Source: Octopus vulgaris (Eukaryota). Taken from it: a stretch of DNA of 64,000 bases. The translations under genes were made by a program, and so were the position numbers. Shown here piece after piece: positions 1-12,929 of this stretch. The stretch is taken from the NCBI GenBank assembly GCA_951406725.2, contig OX597839.1:31062001-31126000 (forward strand), written 5' to 3'. The notes under the pieces were generated by a model. It was not told the origin of the DNA, searched no databases, and saw only the letters and a list, made by a program, of their open reading frames with translations. The stretch's first letter is position 1. Each line of letters starts with the position of its first letter.

Positions 1-140
1 GCAATGTAGGGCAGAGGAACCACTGGAATGTTCTGTGCCAGGAGCGCCAGGATTGTTTGGTTCTGTTGAAGGGAATAAGTGGGAGTGAGCCCTGGAACTC
101 TTGTAAAGGGTAATCGACGGTTGACGAAAGAAACAGGAAA

Positions 141-522
<382 letters not shown>

Positions 523-829
523 AGCCATTCCAGTTTATGAAACTGTTTTAAGGAGAGGCAGTTATAGTCGTCCTAAATTGTCGTAATTCTTGTCTATTAT
601 TGTTATGAATTTACCAAACTGACCTGCAAACCTCTGATGTTCCAGATGGAAGGAGACGGCCATAACAGGAGAGCAAACACACCCTGCGAAACGGCGCTTG
701 TTACTGCTGACTATTTTGCAGAACGTTTGGAAGTTCTCTGTACAATAAGTTTTGTGTTAGACTGAGCAAAAACACAACAAAAACTTAAGAAACGCTCCAG
801 ACTGGTCGTGGATTCACTTGTATGATCTG

Positions 830-1650
830 AGCATCTGCTTTTCACTGGCACAAGAGATTCAAGGACAGTGGTGAGAGACAATGAGAGGTGTTGGAAGCAG
901 AGGGACCTCAGAACATTAGAGCCAGCTGAGAAAATTCACCAGTTTCTAGATGAAGACGTAATGTGTCTACAAAGACAACGAGCATTCAGCTTGGCGTTGG
1001 TGTGGCAACTGTACACAGAATTATTACCGAAGATCTGAACGTGTGCAGAATTTATGCTTAGTGACAAACAGAAGGAAAGATGTGTTGTAGACAGGAAAGG
1101 GATGGTTGGGCTCATTACCGCCAGTCCAAGAATACTAGAGTCTCTGTTGATTTGAGAAGAAATCTGGGTTTACTGTTAAGATCCAGAGACCAAAAGACAG
1201 AGTGACCAATGGAAGCATCCTGGCTCCCCCAGACCCAAGGAGGCCAGGCAAAATAAATTTATCAGCAAAGGCATCATCTACATCCACTAGGTCCCGCCTC
1301 TGGTCAGCCGGTCAGTAAAAAGTACTTGGTGGAGGTTCTGAGGGAGTTCAGGAAGAGATTTTGTCTCAAAAAGCCAGGGTACCCGCACCAGGAAAATGCA
1401 CCAACCCACAATTCCACCCGGGCACCCAACCATTTGACAGAGACAGCTGTCAAAATTGTCCCTTGCCCTCCCTATAGCCCAGACCCTAACTCCCTGGGAT
1501 GTTTGGTTGTTTCCCAAGCTGAAGGAGGAGATAAAGGAGGCTGTGACAAGGGTCCTGGACCCCTTCCCACTGGAGGACTTCCGGGGGGGGGGGGGCTTCA
1601 TGAAATGGCAGGAGCATAACAACAAAAGCATTGAAGTGAGAAGGATCCAA
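830..1650 (+). mobile_element. Decayed mariner (Tc1/mariner) transposase pseudogene
   Basis: Frameshifted pieces EIWVYC*DPETKRQSDQWKHPGSPRPK, HQENAPTH (HDNA-like), PCPPYSPDP (YSPDL-like) and DVWLFPKLKE are typical mariner motifs; multiple stops. Confidence 0.85.
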
Positions 1651-1678
1651 CTATGATGATGATGATGATGATGATATA

Positions 1679-1712
<34 letters not shown>

Positions 1713-1742
1713 CATTTGTGTATATGAGTGTGTGTATATATA

Positions 1743-1803
<61 letters not shown>

Positions 1804-1944
1804 GCGCGTTTGTAAATATATGTGTATGTGCATGCGTGTGTGTTTGTATGTATATATGTACACACACACACACACACACACAGACGCATGCATGCATATA
1901 TCTTCATATAAACAATATAGATATCTAAAAAAGGCTTCACTTAC

Positions 1945-1997
1945 CCTGTTACACTTCCAAACTTTTTACACCATTCTTTCTCAAGAAGATATCGAGG
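1945..1997 (-). CDS. Cytochrome P450 (CYP3 clan) internal exon, PRYLLEKEWCKKFGSVTG; gene continues beyond the window start
   Basis: Minus strand ttgcag|...acagg|gtaagt; 53 nt, phase 0 to 2. Sequence and size match the CYP3A exon-3 pattern (xxxxxDxExxKKYGxxxG, 53 nt, recalled from CYP3A4 gene structure). Confidence 0.85.
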
Positions 1998-2470
1998 CTG
2001 CAACGACATTTCACAAGGAATTGGTTTCACAAGACATAAAAACCTTCGTCCTCACCCATCCCCACCCTCTTTATTTCTGCTATCTTTTCAACAATGGTGC
2101 CAGGACCTCAACATTGCCCTAGGAATGGTATTCTTTACTCATTGACTTGTTTGTGGTGGTGGGAGGAGCGGGTGATGAATTTTTACTTTTTTACCATTTC
2201 TATAAAACAGTTAAACTCCATTCTACAAGAGTTAATTCCAGGTGTTTACAAATGCCATGGGTACCACATCCTCTCCTTTGGCTATCTTGTATTAAAAAAT
2301 AGACATAAGTAGATGTTATACATACCCACATATATAATATACAAAGAATGGGGGTTTAGTTCACAGGTGATCCAAACGATTAGGTACCCTAGGTAAGTGC
2401 TGTAACAGATTACTGGGGCTCCAAGATTATAGCCCGGACGGGAGTTATAGAGCCATCTCTACTCATTTTT

Positions 2471-2514
<44 letters not shown>

Positions 2515-2907
2515 ATAATATTAGGAAGTATAACTCCAAACTTACAGGGAAAAATTCAATTTAGTATTAAATCAAATTTCACAATATAAATATGTGATAT
2601 ATATAAATTAGAGATAAAACAACTATTATGCAATTCAAACAATGATAGATATAAACCATATCATATAGAAAAAATAAAATATATTTTAAAACACATAACT
2701 AGATCACAAAAAGTACAAAAAAATGAATAAACAATATATAATAATTGCACCTCTCTCTCCCTATATATAATAATAATAATAATATTTTACAAGCTTAAAG
2801 CTTATAAGCAACCACTATGTATTGACAAAAAGAAAATAGCCTAAATATTGAGGCATATGAAGCTTCAATGGAAAAACAGTAGGCTTGAATCCACACCTCT
2901 CTCTCTC

Positions 2908-2968
<61 letters not shown>

Positions 2969-3697
2969 TGGGATACTTTTAGTTTCCATCTACCAAATCC
3001 ACTCACAAGGCTTTGGTCAGCCCAAAGCTATAGCAGAAGGCGCTTGCCTCAAACGACCATGCAATGGGACTGAACCCTGAACTATGTGGTTGGAAAGCAA
3101 ACTTCTTACCACACAGTCACACCTTGCACCTATAACTACTTCTAATTACAAAACTACTAAACCTTGTTTACCTTCTTTCGTTATCTTACTTACAGATTAA
3201 CTCATTGCAATAATGATAGATAATACACACCAACAGGGGGGGGGGACAGGACTGGTTTTTGTTGTGTTGCTTTTATCAAGTTTTTTGAGTTTTTTTCCCT
3301 TTTTCATTCGTTTTGGTGGAAGCAGTTTTCTAAACATCTGTTTTCCCCCCCATTTCTTTTATCTTGTCCCAAATTAATGTTACAGGTCTTATAGTGCTTC
3401 ACACTAAACAATATCTTTTAATATGACCAATATCAGATACAAAGAGGGCAGGTTTACTGAAAAGTGGATCATTCATTTTTTACCAAATAAATTGAAACAA
3501 AGGCAACATGCTACTAGAGAAGAATGATGAAAGGGTTAGGGTAGAATACCCAGGATAATATTGACCCATGAATTGCAGAGTATTGAAGCCTGATTCCTGT
3601 GGTTGAAAGGCAAACTACTTAAATGCAAAACCATGGTACAGCATCATATACACATCATACAATAAACATGATATATATATATATATATATATATATA

Positions 3698-3930
3698 CCT
3701 ATTTCTTTACTACCCACAAGGGGCTAAACACAGAGGGGACAAACAAGGACAGACATAGGTATTAAGTCGATTACATTGACCCCAGTGCGTAACTGGTACT
3801 TAATTTATCGACCCCTAAAGGATGAAAGGCAAAGTCGACCTCGGCGGAATTTGAACTCACAACGTAACGGCAGCCGAAATACCGCTAAGCATTTCGCCCG
3901 ACGTGCTAACGATTCTGCCAGCTCGCCGCC
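3698..3930 (-). mobile_element. tRNA-derived SINE, family A (head GGCGAGCTGGCAGAATCG, tail GTGGGTAGTAAAGAAATA)
   Basis: Near-identical to copies at 19378, 27644 and 34601; B-box-like GAGTTCAAATTCC. Confidence 0.85.
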
Positions 3931-4223
3931 TTATATATATACCATCATCATCATCATTATTTAGTGTCTGCTTTCCATGCTGGCACGGGTTAAGTGGTTT
4001 GACTGTGTAGCGACGCAAGTCATAATAAACCTTTATCGGCGGTAATATGACGTAATGGTTGTGTTGCCTGAATAGGTGTAATTGTTAGTTTCCCATTGGT
4101 TAAAATTATTCCCATATTTAAATTCTAAACTTTCATCAAAGAGAAATCTTTCACAAAATACGGTTCTTAGAATTCAGCTATGAGCAGTTATAAAAATCCT
4201 GATTTTTGGGAAATTAATCAGTG

Positions 4224-4555
4224 ATCGCTGGTTGTCACTCGACTCCACGCCACTCACACTCAGTGTTCGTTGGTTGTCACTCGACTCCACGACACTCACA
4301 CTCAGTGTTCGTTGGTTGTCACTCGACTTCACGACACTCACACTCAGTGTTCGTTGGTTGTCACTCGACTCCATGACACTCACACTCAGTGTTCGTTGGT
4401 TGTCACTCGACTCCACGACACTCACACTCAGTGTTCGTTGGTTGTCACTTGACTCCACGACACTCACACTCAGTGTTCGTTGGTTGTCACTTGACTCCAC
4501 GACACTCACACTCTGTGTTCGTTGGTTGTCACTTGATTCCATGACACTCACACTC
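4224..4555. repeat. 42-bp minisatellite, ~8 copies (CAGTGTTCGTTGGTTGTCACTCGACTCCACGACACTCACACT)
   Basis: Direct tandem repeats; explains the repetitive 14-aa ORFs. Confidence 0.95.
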
Positions 4556-4610
4556 AAGAAAATGGAGAAATAGCATTAATGTAATTTATTAACTGCAAAA
4601 ATTCAACATG

Positions 4611-4676
4611 TTCTCTTACAGCTGTTTCGATTTTGCTCAAAAGAATTAAATATTAGGCAAAATCTAGTCAGAGGAG
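4611..4676 (-). ncRNA. Degenerate minimal type I hammerhead ribozyme motif
   Basis: Minus strand CUGACUA-GAUUUUGC...GCAAAAUC-GAAA-CAGCUG-UA-AGAG: 8-bp stem II, palindromic stem III, GUA site; G8 is replaced by U and stem I is weak. Confidence 0.55.
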
Positions 4677-4870
4677 TGAAAAAGACATCGTTATTAACAC
4701 TGCTTCCCCATTTTCTGGATTTTAATTTGAATATTTATAAATCACGATTTTAGGAATAATACTATTCAAAACAAAATAACAGGTAACAAATCAGTAATTC
4801 AATGGATATTTTCTACCCCTTAAGGTGTTTTTTAACCTGTATTTAAATTATATATATATATATATATACA

Positions 4871-4959
4871 CATATTAGAGGAAAACCACTATGTGGACAC
4901 CCTTATGCTAGAAATAGACCCCCATAAGGGTGTCCACATAGTGGTTTCCCTCTAATATG
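4871..4959. repeat. 37-bp inverted repeat with 15-bp spacer next to (TA)n
   Basis: CATATTAGAGGAAAACCACTATGTGGACACCCTTATG at 4871-4907 and its reverse complement (1 mismatch) at 4923-4959. Confidence 0.9.
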
Positions 4960-5191
4960 TATATAATACAATTTTACTGAACCTTCAGTTTTTTTATATG
5001 CTAGACCACTGGTGTGAAATCAATGTTAATTAGATTAATATCTAATTTCTCACCCTTATTTTAAATTTATATATATATATATACACACAGACACCCCCCC
5101 CAACACACACACGATATAGCAGATAATTACACAAAATTCAGAAGGATGCACCCTCACCGGCCAGTTTAACAAGTTGTTTGTAAATATTCAC

Positions 5192-5285
5192 CTTTTTAAA
5201 TGAATCCAAGTTTCCAATGAAGTGTTTTGGTTCCGGTCCTGGAATTCCATGGGATTTAAACAACGTAAATGGTTTTGCACCATAA
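5192..5285 (-). CDS. Cytochrome P450 (CYP3 clan) exon, YGAKPFTLFKSHGIPGPEPKHFIGNLDSFKK
   Basis: tttcag|...aaaaag|gtgaat; 94 nt, phase 2 to 0. Carries the proline-rich hinge GIPGPxP..IGN of microsomal P450s and matches CYP3A exon 2 in sequence and length (recalled); joins in frame to 1945-1997. Confidence 0.9.
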
Positions 5286-6439
5286 CTGAAATAACAAAAT
5301 ATAATCAAAGTTTTTAATGAAAAAAAAACAACAAAAAAAAACTGGCACTTTGCAGTTAACGATGACGAGCGTTTCAGTTGATTTGATCACCAGACCAGCT
5401 TGTTTGTGAAATTAACATGCAAATGGCTGAGTACTCCACAGATATTTGAACCCTTAACATGGTTCTCAGGGAGATTCAACATGACACAGAATCTGACAAG
5501 GATGGCCCTTTTGAATTACAGGTACAGCCCATATTTGAACGAGCTGAGTGAACTGGGTAACATGAAGTAAAATGTCTTGTTTAAGGACCCAATATGCTGT
5601 CGGGAATTGAACTCCCAACCTTATGATTGTGAGTCGAATACCCTAACCACTAAGCCACCAATGAAAATATGGGTCCATTGATTCTTTTATCCTTTACTTG
5701 TTTCAGTCATTGGACTGTGGCCATGCTGGGGCACCCTCCAGAAGGATTTTGGTTGAACTGATTGGCCACGGTATTTACTTATTCTTATTACTTTACTACC
5801 CACAAGGGGCTAAACACAGAGGGCACAAACAAGGACAGACAAATGGATTAAGTCGATTATATCGACCCCAGTGCATAACTGGTACTTATTTAATCAACCC
5901 CGAAAGGACGAAAGGCAAAGTTGACCTTGGTGGAATTTGAACTCAGAACGTAGCAGCAGACGAAATACTGCTAAGCATTTCGCCCAGCGTGCTAACGTTT
6001 CTGCCAGCTCGCCATGGTTTTTACTTATTCTATCAATTACTTTTGTCAAACTGCTAAGTTATGGGGATGTAAATGAACCAACACCAGTTGCTAAGCAGTA
6101 GGTGAGGGGACAAACTCAGACACAAAGATACACATGGATAGATACAATGGTATTCCACACAGGCAAAAGTGGATGAAATGCTGTTGAGTATTTCATTTAG
6201 CATGCTAACGATTCTGCCAACTCGCTGTCTTAATAATAATAATAACAATTAATTCATTTAAAACTAGATCCAAGTTAGAATGAGATGTTTCATATTCCTG
6301 CAGCTTTGAAGTTCTTGTTGAGTTTGTGAATTGAAGCGCTTGGAAGGATATATTGAAGAATTTGAACTTTCAGCCCAAATTGGACTTTTGGCTCAAATCG
6401 GATTTTGGTGGAATCAGTTTATTCAGAGATTTGGATACT

Positions 6440-7420
6440 GGAAGATTTATGGCTCAGCTTCTGGATCCAGGAAATGGAAGCATTCAGCAAGACAATAATA
6501 GAGACACTACTTTTCCAAATGGCCGTGGCATTTTCGTCAAAACTGTCAAACTGTCGATTACCAAGGTTGACCCAAACATTGGACATAATTTTCAAGATTA
6601 TGATTGGCTTTGTCAAAGAGCCATACCTGCACTATGGAATGAAACCAGCCAGGTTGTCAATTGGAAATTTATGTAATCAATCAATACTGAGAAAAAAAAA
6701 TCATTTCTCAATTGATCCTGTTGTGGACTCCCCCCCCCCAATGAGTCTGTGGATTATTCTGTGGAGTTTCTTAACTCTTTGGATCCGCCTGGAATGTCTT
6801 CTCACAAACTGACATTGAAGAAAGGAGTTCCAGTCATGCTTTTGAGAAATTTGGATCCTCCAAAGCTGTGCAATGGAACAAGGCAAATACATCCACATCT
6901 TTTGGAAGCAGCAATTCTCACTGGACAAGGAAAGAGAGAAAATGTGTTTATTCCAAGAATGGAAAGAATTCCGCCCATCCCCACCTCCAATATTTCCGAA
7001 TTTTTTTTTTTTTTTTTTTTGCCAGAAACCCATGTTTTCGGGTATGGAGATTCCGGAAAAATGCCAAATATCAGCATTTTCTCGGAATCTCCGTAGCCAA
7101 AAACGTGGGTTTCTGGCAAAAAAAAAAAAAAAAAAAATTCGGAGATATGGGGGGGGGGGAGGGGGCGGAAGTCTTGCCCCAAGAATTCCACTGATTCCAG
7201 CAGACATGCCCTTTGAATCCAAGAGGCTTTAATTCCCAGTAAGAGTCTGTTTTGCAATACCAATTAACAAGAGCCTCAAGGACAATTACTGGGAATTGCT
7301 GGGCTTCACTCCATGCAGAAGTGCTTTTCCCATGGTCAGCTTTATGTCGAGTTGGGAATGGCAACAATCTCTTCATTACTCACACCAAATAGCAAAACCA
7401 CGAATGTTCTTGATCCTGCT
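6440..7420 (+). mobile_element. Helitron Pif1-helicase fragment (pseudogene), interrupted by a MITE
   Basis: QLLDPGNG...DWLCQRAI, VEFLNSLDPPGMSSHKLTLKKGVPVMLLRNLDPPKLCNGTR and VFIPRIPLIPADMPF...FPVRVCFAIPINKS are Pif1/Helitron helicase motifs; stops and deletions present. Confidence 0.9.
6961..7178. mobile_element. Palindromic MITE, Merlin-like (GG...CC termini, 8-bp TSD CCAAGAAT)
   Basis: TSD at 6953-6960 and 7179-7186; ~100-bp imperfect inverted arms; removing it restores helicase IPRIPLIP. Confidence 0.8.
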
Positions 7421-7491
7421 GTGATCTCCAAATGTCACTGGGATAGAAAATTCTCCAAATGCGATACCCAGTGATATAAATCTGAGATGGT

Positions 7492-7817
7492 TTTTCTTTC
7501 TTTCTCATTTCTTCACTCCGTCGGTTACGACGACGAGGGTCCCAGCTGATACGATCAACGGAACAGCCTGCTCGTGAAATTAACGTGCAAGTGGCTGAGC
7601 ACTCCACAGACACGTGTACCCTTAACGTAGTTCTCAGGGAGATTCAGCGTGACATACAGGTACAAATACAGGTACAACTCATTTTTGCCAGCTGAGTGGA
7701 CTGGAGCAACATGAAATAAAGTGTCTTGCTCAAGGACACAACGCGTCGCTTGGAATCGAACTCACGACCTTACAATCGTGAGCCGAATGCCCTAACCACT
7801 AAGCCACGCGCCTTCAC
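7492..7817 (-). mobile_element. tRNA-derived SINE, family B, with 14-bp TSD
   Basis: TSD AAATCTGAGATGGT at 7478-7491 and 7818-7831; A/B-box head on minus; homologous to 17503-17887. Confidence 0.9.
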
Positions 7818-10024
7818 AAATCTGAGATGGTAAGGTACCAATAAATGCTTTATTATAATGATTTGCCTCTTCAGTTTCGGACAGCAGGCCCAATTTGGAC
7901 TCCGCAGGAGCTAGCTGAAAAGTCCGCCCAGAGTGCGGCTTTTAAGCTGGTGGTAACGATAAATAAAAATGACTCAGCTTAGAGGGCGACCGCTTAATAA
8001 AGGACATTGCCTTTCATAATAAACATTTAAAACTCAAACATTCCCTCCCCGATATATTGAGGTCAAAGTTCATCTCTCTCACCCTACTTTTAGTCTCTCT
8101 CTCTCTCTCTCTCTTGAAAAAAATGAGGTCACAGTTCATTCGTTCTATTTTCTGTCTCTTCCCGTATGTAAACAACGGAGTCTTGAATAAGTGGATGGTA
8201 CCTTATGGTAAAACTAGGGTGTAGTGGGGGAAGAGAGGGAGAGGTCCTTATGTGGTAATTAGAACTGGTAGAAACAGCAGCCGTATCTCCTTCAAATCAT
8301 CTCATCCTTCTCTCTCCCTCTTTTACACACTCATACATGCATGCATACATACATTCACACACATTATATACACGCGTGTGTGTGTGCGCATGTGTATATG
8401 TATACGTATGTATGTATGGATTCATGTATGTATATGTACATAATTGTATGTATGTATGTATGTATATATTTATGACTGTAAGTAGTTAACGTATAGTGTG
8501 TGTGTGTGTGTGTGTACAGTTTCTGTTTACACAATAATTTACCGGCGAAAAATCGCCCCGAACTCCCAAATTAAGAATATCGCCGCCTCTGCAAGATCGA
8601 ATATTGAACTTTTTCCAATAAAATAGTTTCCACCACTTAATAAATATAATTACAGTCGCGAAAATACATTTATCCATCGTTAGATGAAAGTTATTTCACC
8701 AATTTTATGGAGTAAAACCAGATTATTTGATGTTTTAGAACCAACATGTGGACCTGTGGACTAGACCTATGATCAAATGATATTCCAGCCGTGCCCAAAC
8801 AGCCTTCCTTTTCTTGTTTTAGGGAAAGTGTGATTGGTGAGAGATTTAACAGATATTTCTAGCAGGTACAGGGATGAGTTAGAAGACCCGTCGCTGTTGT
8901 TTTTTAACCCTAACCCAAACCCTTAATCCCAAATCCTATCCACACTGCTTTTCTTTTTTCCGCTCCAGACACAAAATTCCAAGGAGTACATTATCCAGCC
9001 ATTCTCTCTTTTTAAGACAAAATAATGTATTTTGAGGTATATTTGGCTGTTGTTTCCAAAGATCAAGCGTCCACGTACAGGTTACCTCATAATTACCGCT
9101 GTTTACATTTAGCACTGAGTCAGCCCCGATCGAAAAGACTAATGACCAAAAAACAGTCGAGCCGTGACCATCACACCTCTTGCTTCAAAAGACAATACTA
9201 TCCAAGACTAGATCATCCAAATATAACCTTCCTCCTAATTTAAAGACAACAGAATGTCGAATGAAGGCCTGTTTGGCTGCAATTTCTAGCGACCGACACA
9301 GGCCCACGTGTTGGTTACTCCTTAATATCGCTTTATCATTAAATAGCTCAATATTTTTTTCTTCCAAAACGAACTTAGATTTAATCCAAAAATGTGTATA
9401 TTCTACTCACCTATAGATGGAATACAGCAGATAAACCAGGATTAACGTTAATAACAATAAAATAACATACATTCTTTGGTTCTCTTTCTACGTCCTTGCT
9501 TGGTTTGTCTTGCAAAATCTCTTTCGTTTATGGTTTTAAATATACACACTGGCAACTGTGTGTATATATAACTTGTAATGTAAACACTACACCAAACAGC
9601 TAGATGTGTATATCTAATGTGAAGCAGTTGCTTGTGTCTATCTAAACGACTGGTGTGTGCGCCTGTGGTTGCTGTAGTTTAGCCCCGGGTCAGCGCTGAT
9701 CCGGCACACCGATAAGGCGGCTGGGTGCCAACACGCGGGCACTTGACTGTTACTTTCAGCAGAGTTTGGCTTTCGTTGTATCGATAGTTTGTATTTATAC
9801 GGGTACAGATAGGGGCGACGAAGGCATGTCTGTCTGGTGAACAACTCCACTTAGCAATTTTGTCATTGAGGGTTCGACTACTCAGCTCGGCATCTTAGGA
9901 CAAGCGTCTTCCATAGAATTATCTCTGGCTTCATTCATATCCTGTATAAATGCATACATACATAATACACACACACACACACATGTATGTATGTATGTAT
10001 GTATGTATGTATGTATGTACGTAC

Positions 10025-10121
<97 letters not shown>

Positions 10122-10600
10122 CTCTTTTATTCTTTTGCTTGTATCAGTCATTTGAGTGTAGCCATGCTGGAACACCGCCTTTAATCGAGCAACTCGACCC
10201 CGGGACTTATTCTTTTGTAAGCCCAGTACTTATTCTATCGGTCTCTCTTGCCGAACCGCTAAGCAACGGGGACATAAACACACCAGCATCGGTTGTCAAG
10301 CAATGCTAGGGGGACAAATATATATATAAGAGATAATGGTGTCATTGAGACCCGAAGGTGTCAGGTAATGCTGAATAAGTGTTATAGACAGACCATAGTT
10401 AAGTTCCAGATTTGGTAATATTGCGAATAAAGGGTTCAACGTTGGTTCTATGTCAGCGTGAGGATATAAACCTCGGAGGGATAAAAATATCCAAGATTCG
10501 ACTTGTTGAATTGCCTGACACAAAGCAGGCACTTGTCAATGTTAAACTTTTATTACTCTTTTCCCCATCTTCTCTCTTGGTCTGTGTGTATGTGTGTGAG

Positions 10601-10631
<31 letters not shown>

Positions 10632-10745
10632 ATATTTCGGAATGGTCATATTGCCAGTTTAGCCAATAAAAACACACGCACTATATATTTGGTGTTATTT
10701 TGCTTCAGTGATATTTATTTTTTACATTAATCTTAATCTTATTTC

Positions 10746-10790
10746 GGCCAAAGTTCTTTCGTCACACTCCTGTGACCGCATCAGTGGTCC
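10746..10790 (-). ncRNA. Variant hammerhead-like motif in the PLE 3' region
   Basis: GGACCA-CUGAUGCG-GUCACA-GGAG-UGUGAC-GAAA-GAAC-UU-UGGCC; non-canonical core and very short stem III. Confidence 0.4.
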
Positions 10791-11316
10791 TTTGTTTTCT
10801 TCTCACTTACTTGTGTCTCTCCTTACTAACCGTCAGCCATTTTGTATTTCTATTGTATGTCTTCATTTGCGCATGCTTATATCTCTATGTGCGTCTATGT
10901 TTATTTAGTGTGTGGGGGGGGGATGCCTGTAATATTTGTATCTTCTGGTTATATACATTCTTGTAATTTGTATTTTGTTTTTGTTGTTGTTGCTTTTGTT
11001 CTAATTTTATTCATGTGTTTACATCCACCCATTATTATCATTACATATGCTTGTATGTATGTATAACAACAATATTAGTAATAATAATAATAAATCTAAT
11101 CGAGAAAAAAAAAAAAAAAAAAAAAGAATATACATATACATATATATATATATACATACATATACATATACATATATATATATATATATATACATATATA
11201 CACACATATATACACATATACATATACATATATATACACATATACATATATATAGATATTCATTTCTATTTCTTTAATTACCTGTGTATTTATTATGTTT
11301 GCAGGATCCACTATTG

Positions 11317-12747
11317 TCATATGTTGTGGTGTGCGCTATTGCTCCATTCTAGTTTTCTATTCAGGCTAGGTTTATTTTCTATTATATGTGTAGCTTCTGT
11401 AATTTGTCTAATTGTTGCATCTGTTCTATGTGTGGACAATATCTTAATCTCTATGTTATTGATTGATCCCCCGTGTTCTTGTTCGGCGTGTTGGTACAGA
11501 ATCGATGAGCTTTTACCTTTCTTGAGTTGTCTCCAATGTTCATTCACCCGCTCACCAATGCTTCTTGCAGTTTCCCCTACGTATGTTACTGTCTTGTTAC
11601 TGCATCGTCCCTCTATACATCTTATACTATAGACCACATTTCTGGCTTTACAGTTCGTTTGTGGGCTAAATCTACATACAGTGCAATAGTTATCCGTACA
11701 GAGAGTTCTACTAAAAGGATAGGTTCTACCAATTATAGATCTGATAGGGTTGCCTGGCTTTTCAACAACCTTAATTCTTAGTTTAAGTTTATCTAGGGTC
11801 CTTCTAAAGCGGTACGCTAGTTCACCTCCAGGGGTGGTGTCAACGAACATGACACTCTGGTATTTATGGCTATCATACCAAGAGTTGGCCTTCCTTATTT
11901 TCTTTTTTGTCCTTTCTATAGTGTTCCATGACTTGTTCCTGTAGAGTGGGCAAATCCCATTCCTATCATTACATAATATATTATCAAATTTCTTCATGGC
12001 TCCTTTGTATACTCTGATCCTTTCTTTATGGCTGTAACCTGAGAACTGCATGCGGTGAATGAAATACTGTATGTGTCTCTTTAATTCTGTAGGCTCGCAC
12101 ATGCGTGACACATTTCTCATTATTCTGACGAGGTCTGCCATCAAAATATTGAATTTGGCATTGCCCGCAATGGCTGAGTTCCGGTGGATCAGGTATTTTG
12201 AGGCCATAGGTTTTGCATAGTATGAATGAAGGATTTGGGTTTTATTTTTCACAATTTCTAGCCAGAGTTCAGTGTCTAGTACTGGTAGTCTATGGTTGGG
12301 GTGTTTAGTGGGGTAGTCTATTGTGACCTTAATACTCTGGTGGATGGAGTTAGCTATTTGCTGGATGCTCTCCATAGTATTAGTTTCTATTACTATATCA
12401 ACAGTACTTTCTTGTGGGGGTGCCTTTACTACTATATTGATATCATCAACATAGCGAGAGTACATGTTTACGAGTATGGATTTCTGCAGTAGGCATTCTT
12501 TAAGCCTTCTGTCCCACCATACCATGAAGAGGTTGGCCACATCACCAGCGATACTAACACCGATGGCTGCCCCCTCGTCCTGGGCATATATTTTATTATT
12601 AAATTTAAATGTGTGGCCTTTTAGGGTAACTCTTATACTAGCTCCTAGTGCATGTGCGATCATTTTCTTTACCTGATGGACATTTGCGGGGCTCCGTATG
12701 GCTCTGGTCCATCCGCGCCATCTTTCTATATGTGTCTTCCTAGCCAT
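11317..12747 (-). CDS. Penelope-like element RT (C-terminal part) + Cys-rich linker + GIY-YIG endonuclease; possibly Nematis/Neptune type
   Basis: Q..GAAIG, RYVDD, LPVLD, CxxxxCxxC...C, VVYSIRC...[30 protein letters not shown]; 476 codons without a stop; N-terminal RT motifs missing. Confidence 0.92.
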   Translation of the reverse strand: MARKTHIERWRGWTRAIRSPANVHQVKKMIAHALGASIRVTLKGHTFKFNNKIYAQDEGAAIGVSIAGDVANLFMVWWDRRLKECLLQKSILVNMYSRYVDDINIVVKAPPQESTVDIVIETNTMESIQQIANSIHQSIKVTIDYPTKHPNHRLPVLDTELWLEIVKNKTQILHSYYAKPMASKYLIHRNSAIAGNAKFNILMADLVRIMRNVSRMCEPTELKRHIQYFIHRMQFSGYSHKERIRVYKGAMKKFDNILCNDRNGICPLYRNKSWNTIERTKKKIRKANSWYDSHKYQSVMFVDTTPGGELAYRFRRTLDKLKLRIKVVEKPGNPIRSIIGRTYPFSRTLCTDNYCTVCRFSPQTNCKARNVVYSIRCIEGRCSNKTVTYVGETARSIGERVNEHWRQLKKGKSSSILYQHAEQEHGGSINNIEIKILSTHRTDATIRQITEATHIIENKPSLNRKLEWSNSAHHNI

Positions 12748-12855
12748 AGAAGTAATTTATTGGCTAAACTGGCAATATGACCATTCCGAAATATAACAAT
12801 ATCTGTTTCAACACACGACTTCACATAAAAAATCTTGCACAACAAATATTTAAAC

Positions 12856-12926
<71 letters not shown>

Positions 12927-12929
<3 letters not shown>

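Larger units (their letters stand above)
10624..12856 (-). mobile_element. 5'-truncated Penelope-like retroelement with inverted terminal repeat, inserted in (TA)n
   Basis: Contains the RT+GIY-YIG ORF; a 47-bp sequence at 10624-10670 recurs inverted at 12756-12802; flanked by (TA)n. Confidence 0.9.

Noticed and set aside
4174-4573. Repeat-protein or CRISPR-like array
   Set aside because: Plain 42-bp tandem with no unique spacers, eukaryotic context, no cas genes.
6700-7400. Host PIF1 helicase gene
   Set aside because: Intronless, stop-ridden and Helitron-type.
8905-8930. Telomere-like TAACCC (also ~55072)
   Set aside because: Only 2-3 imperfect units.
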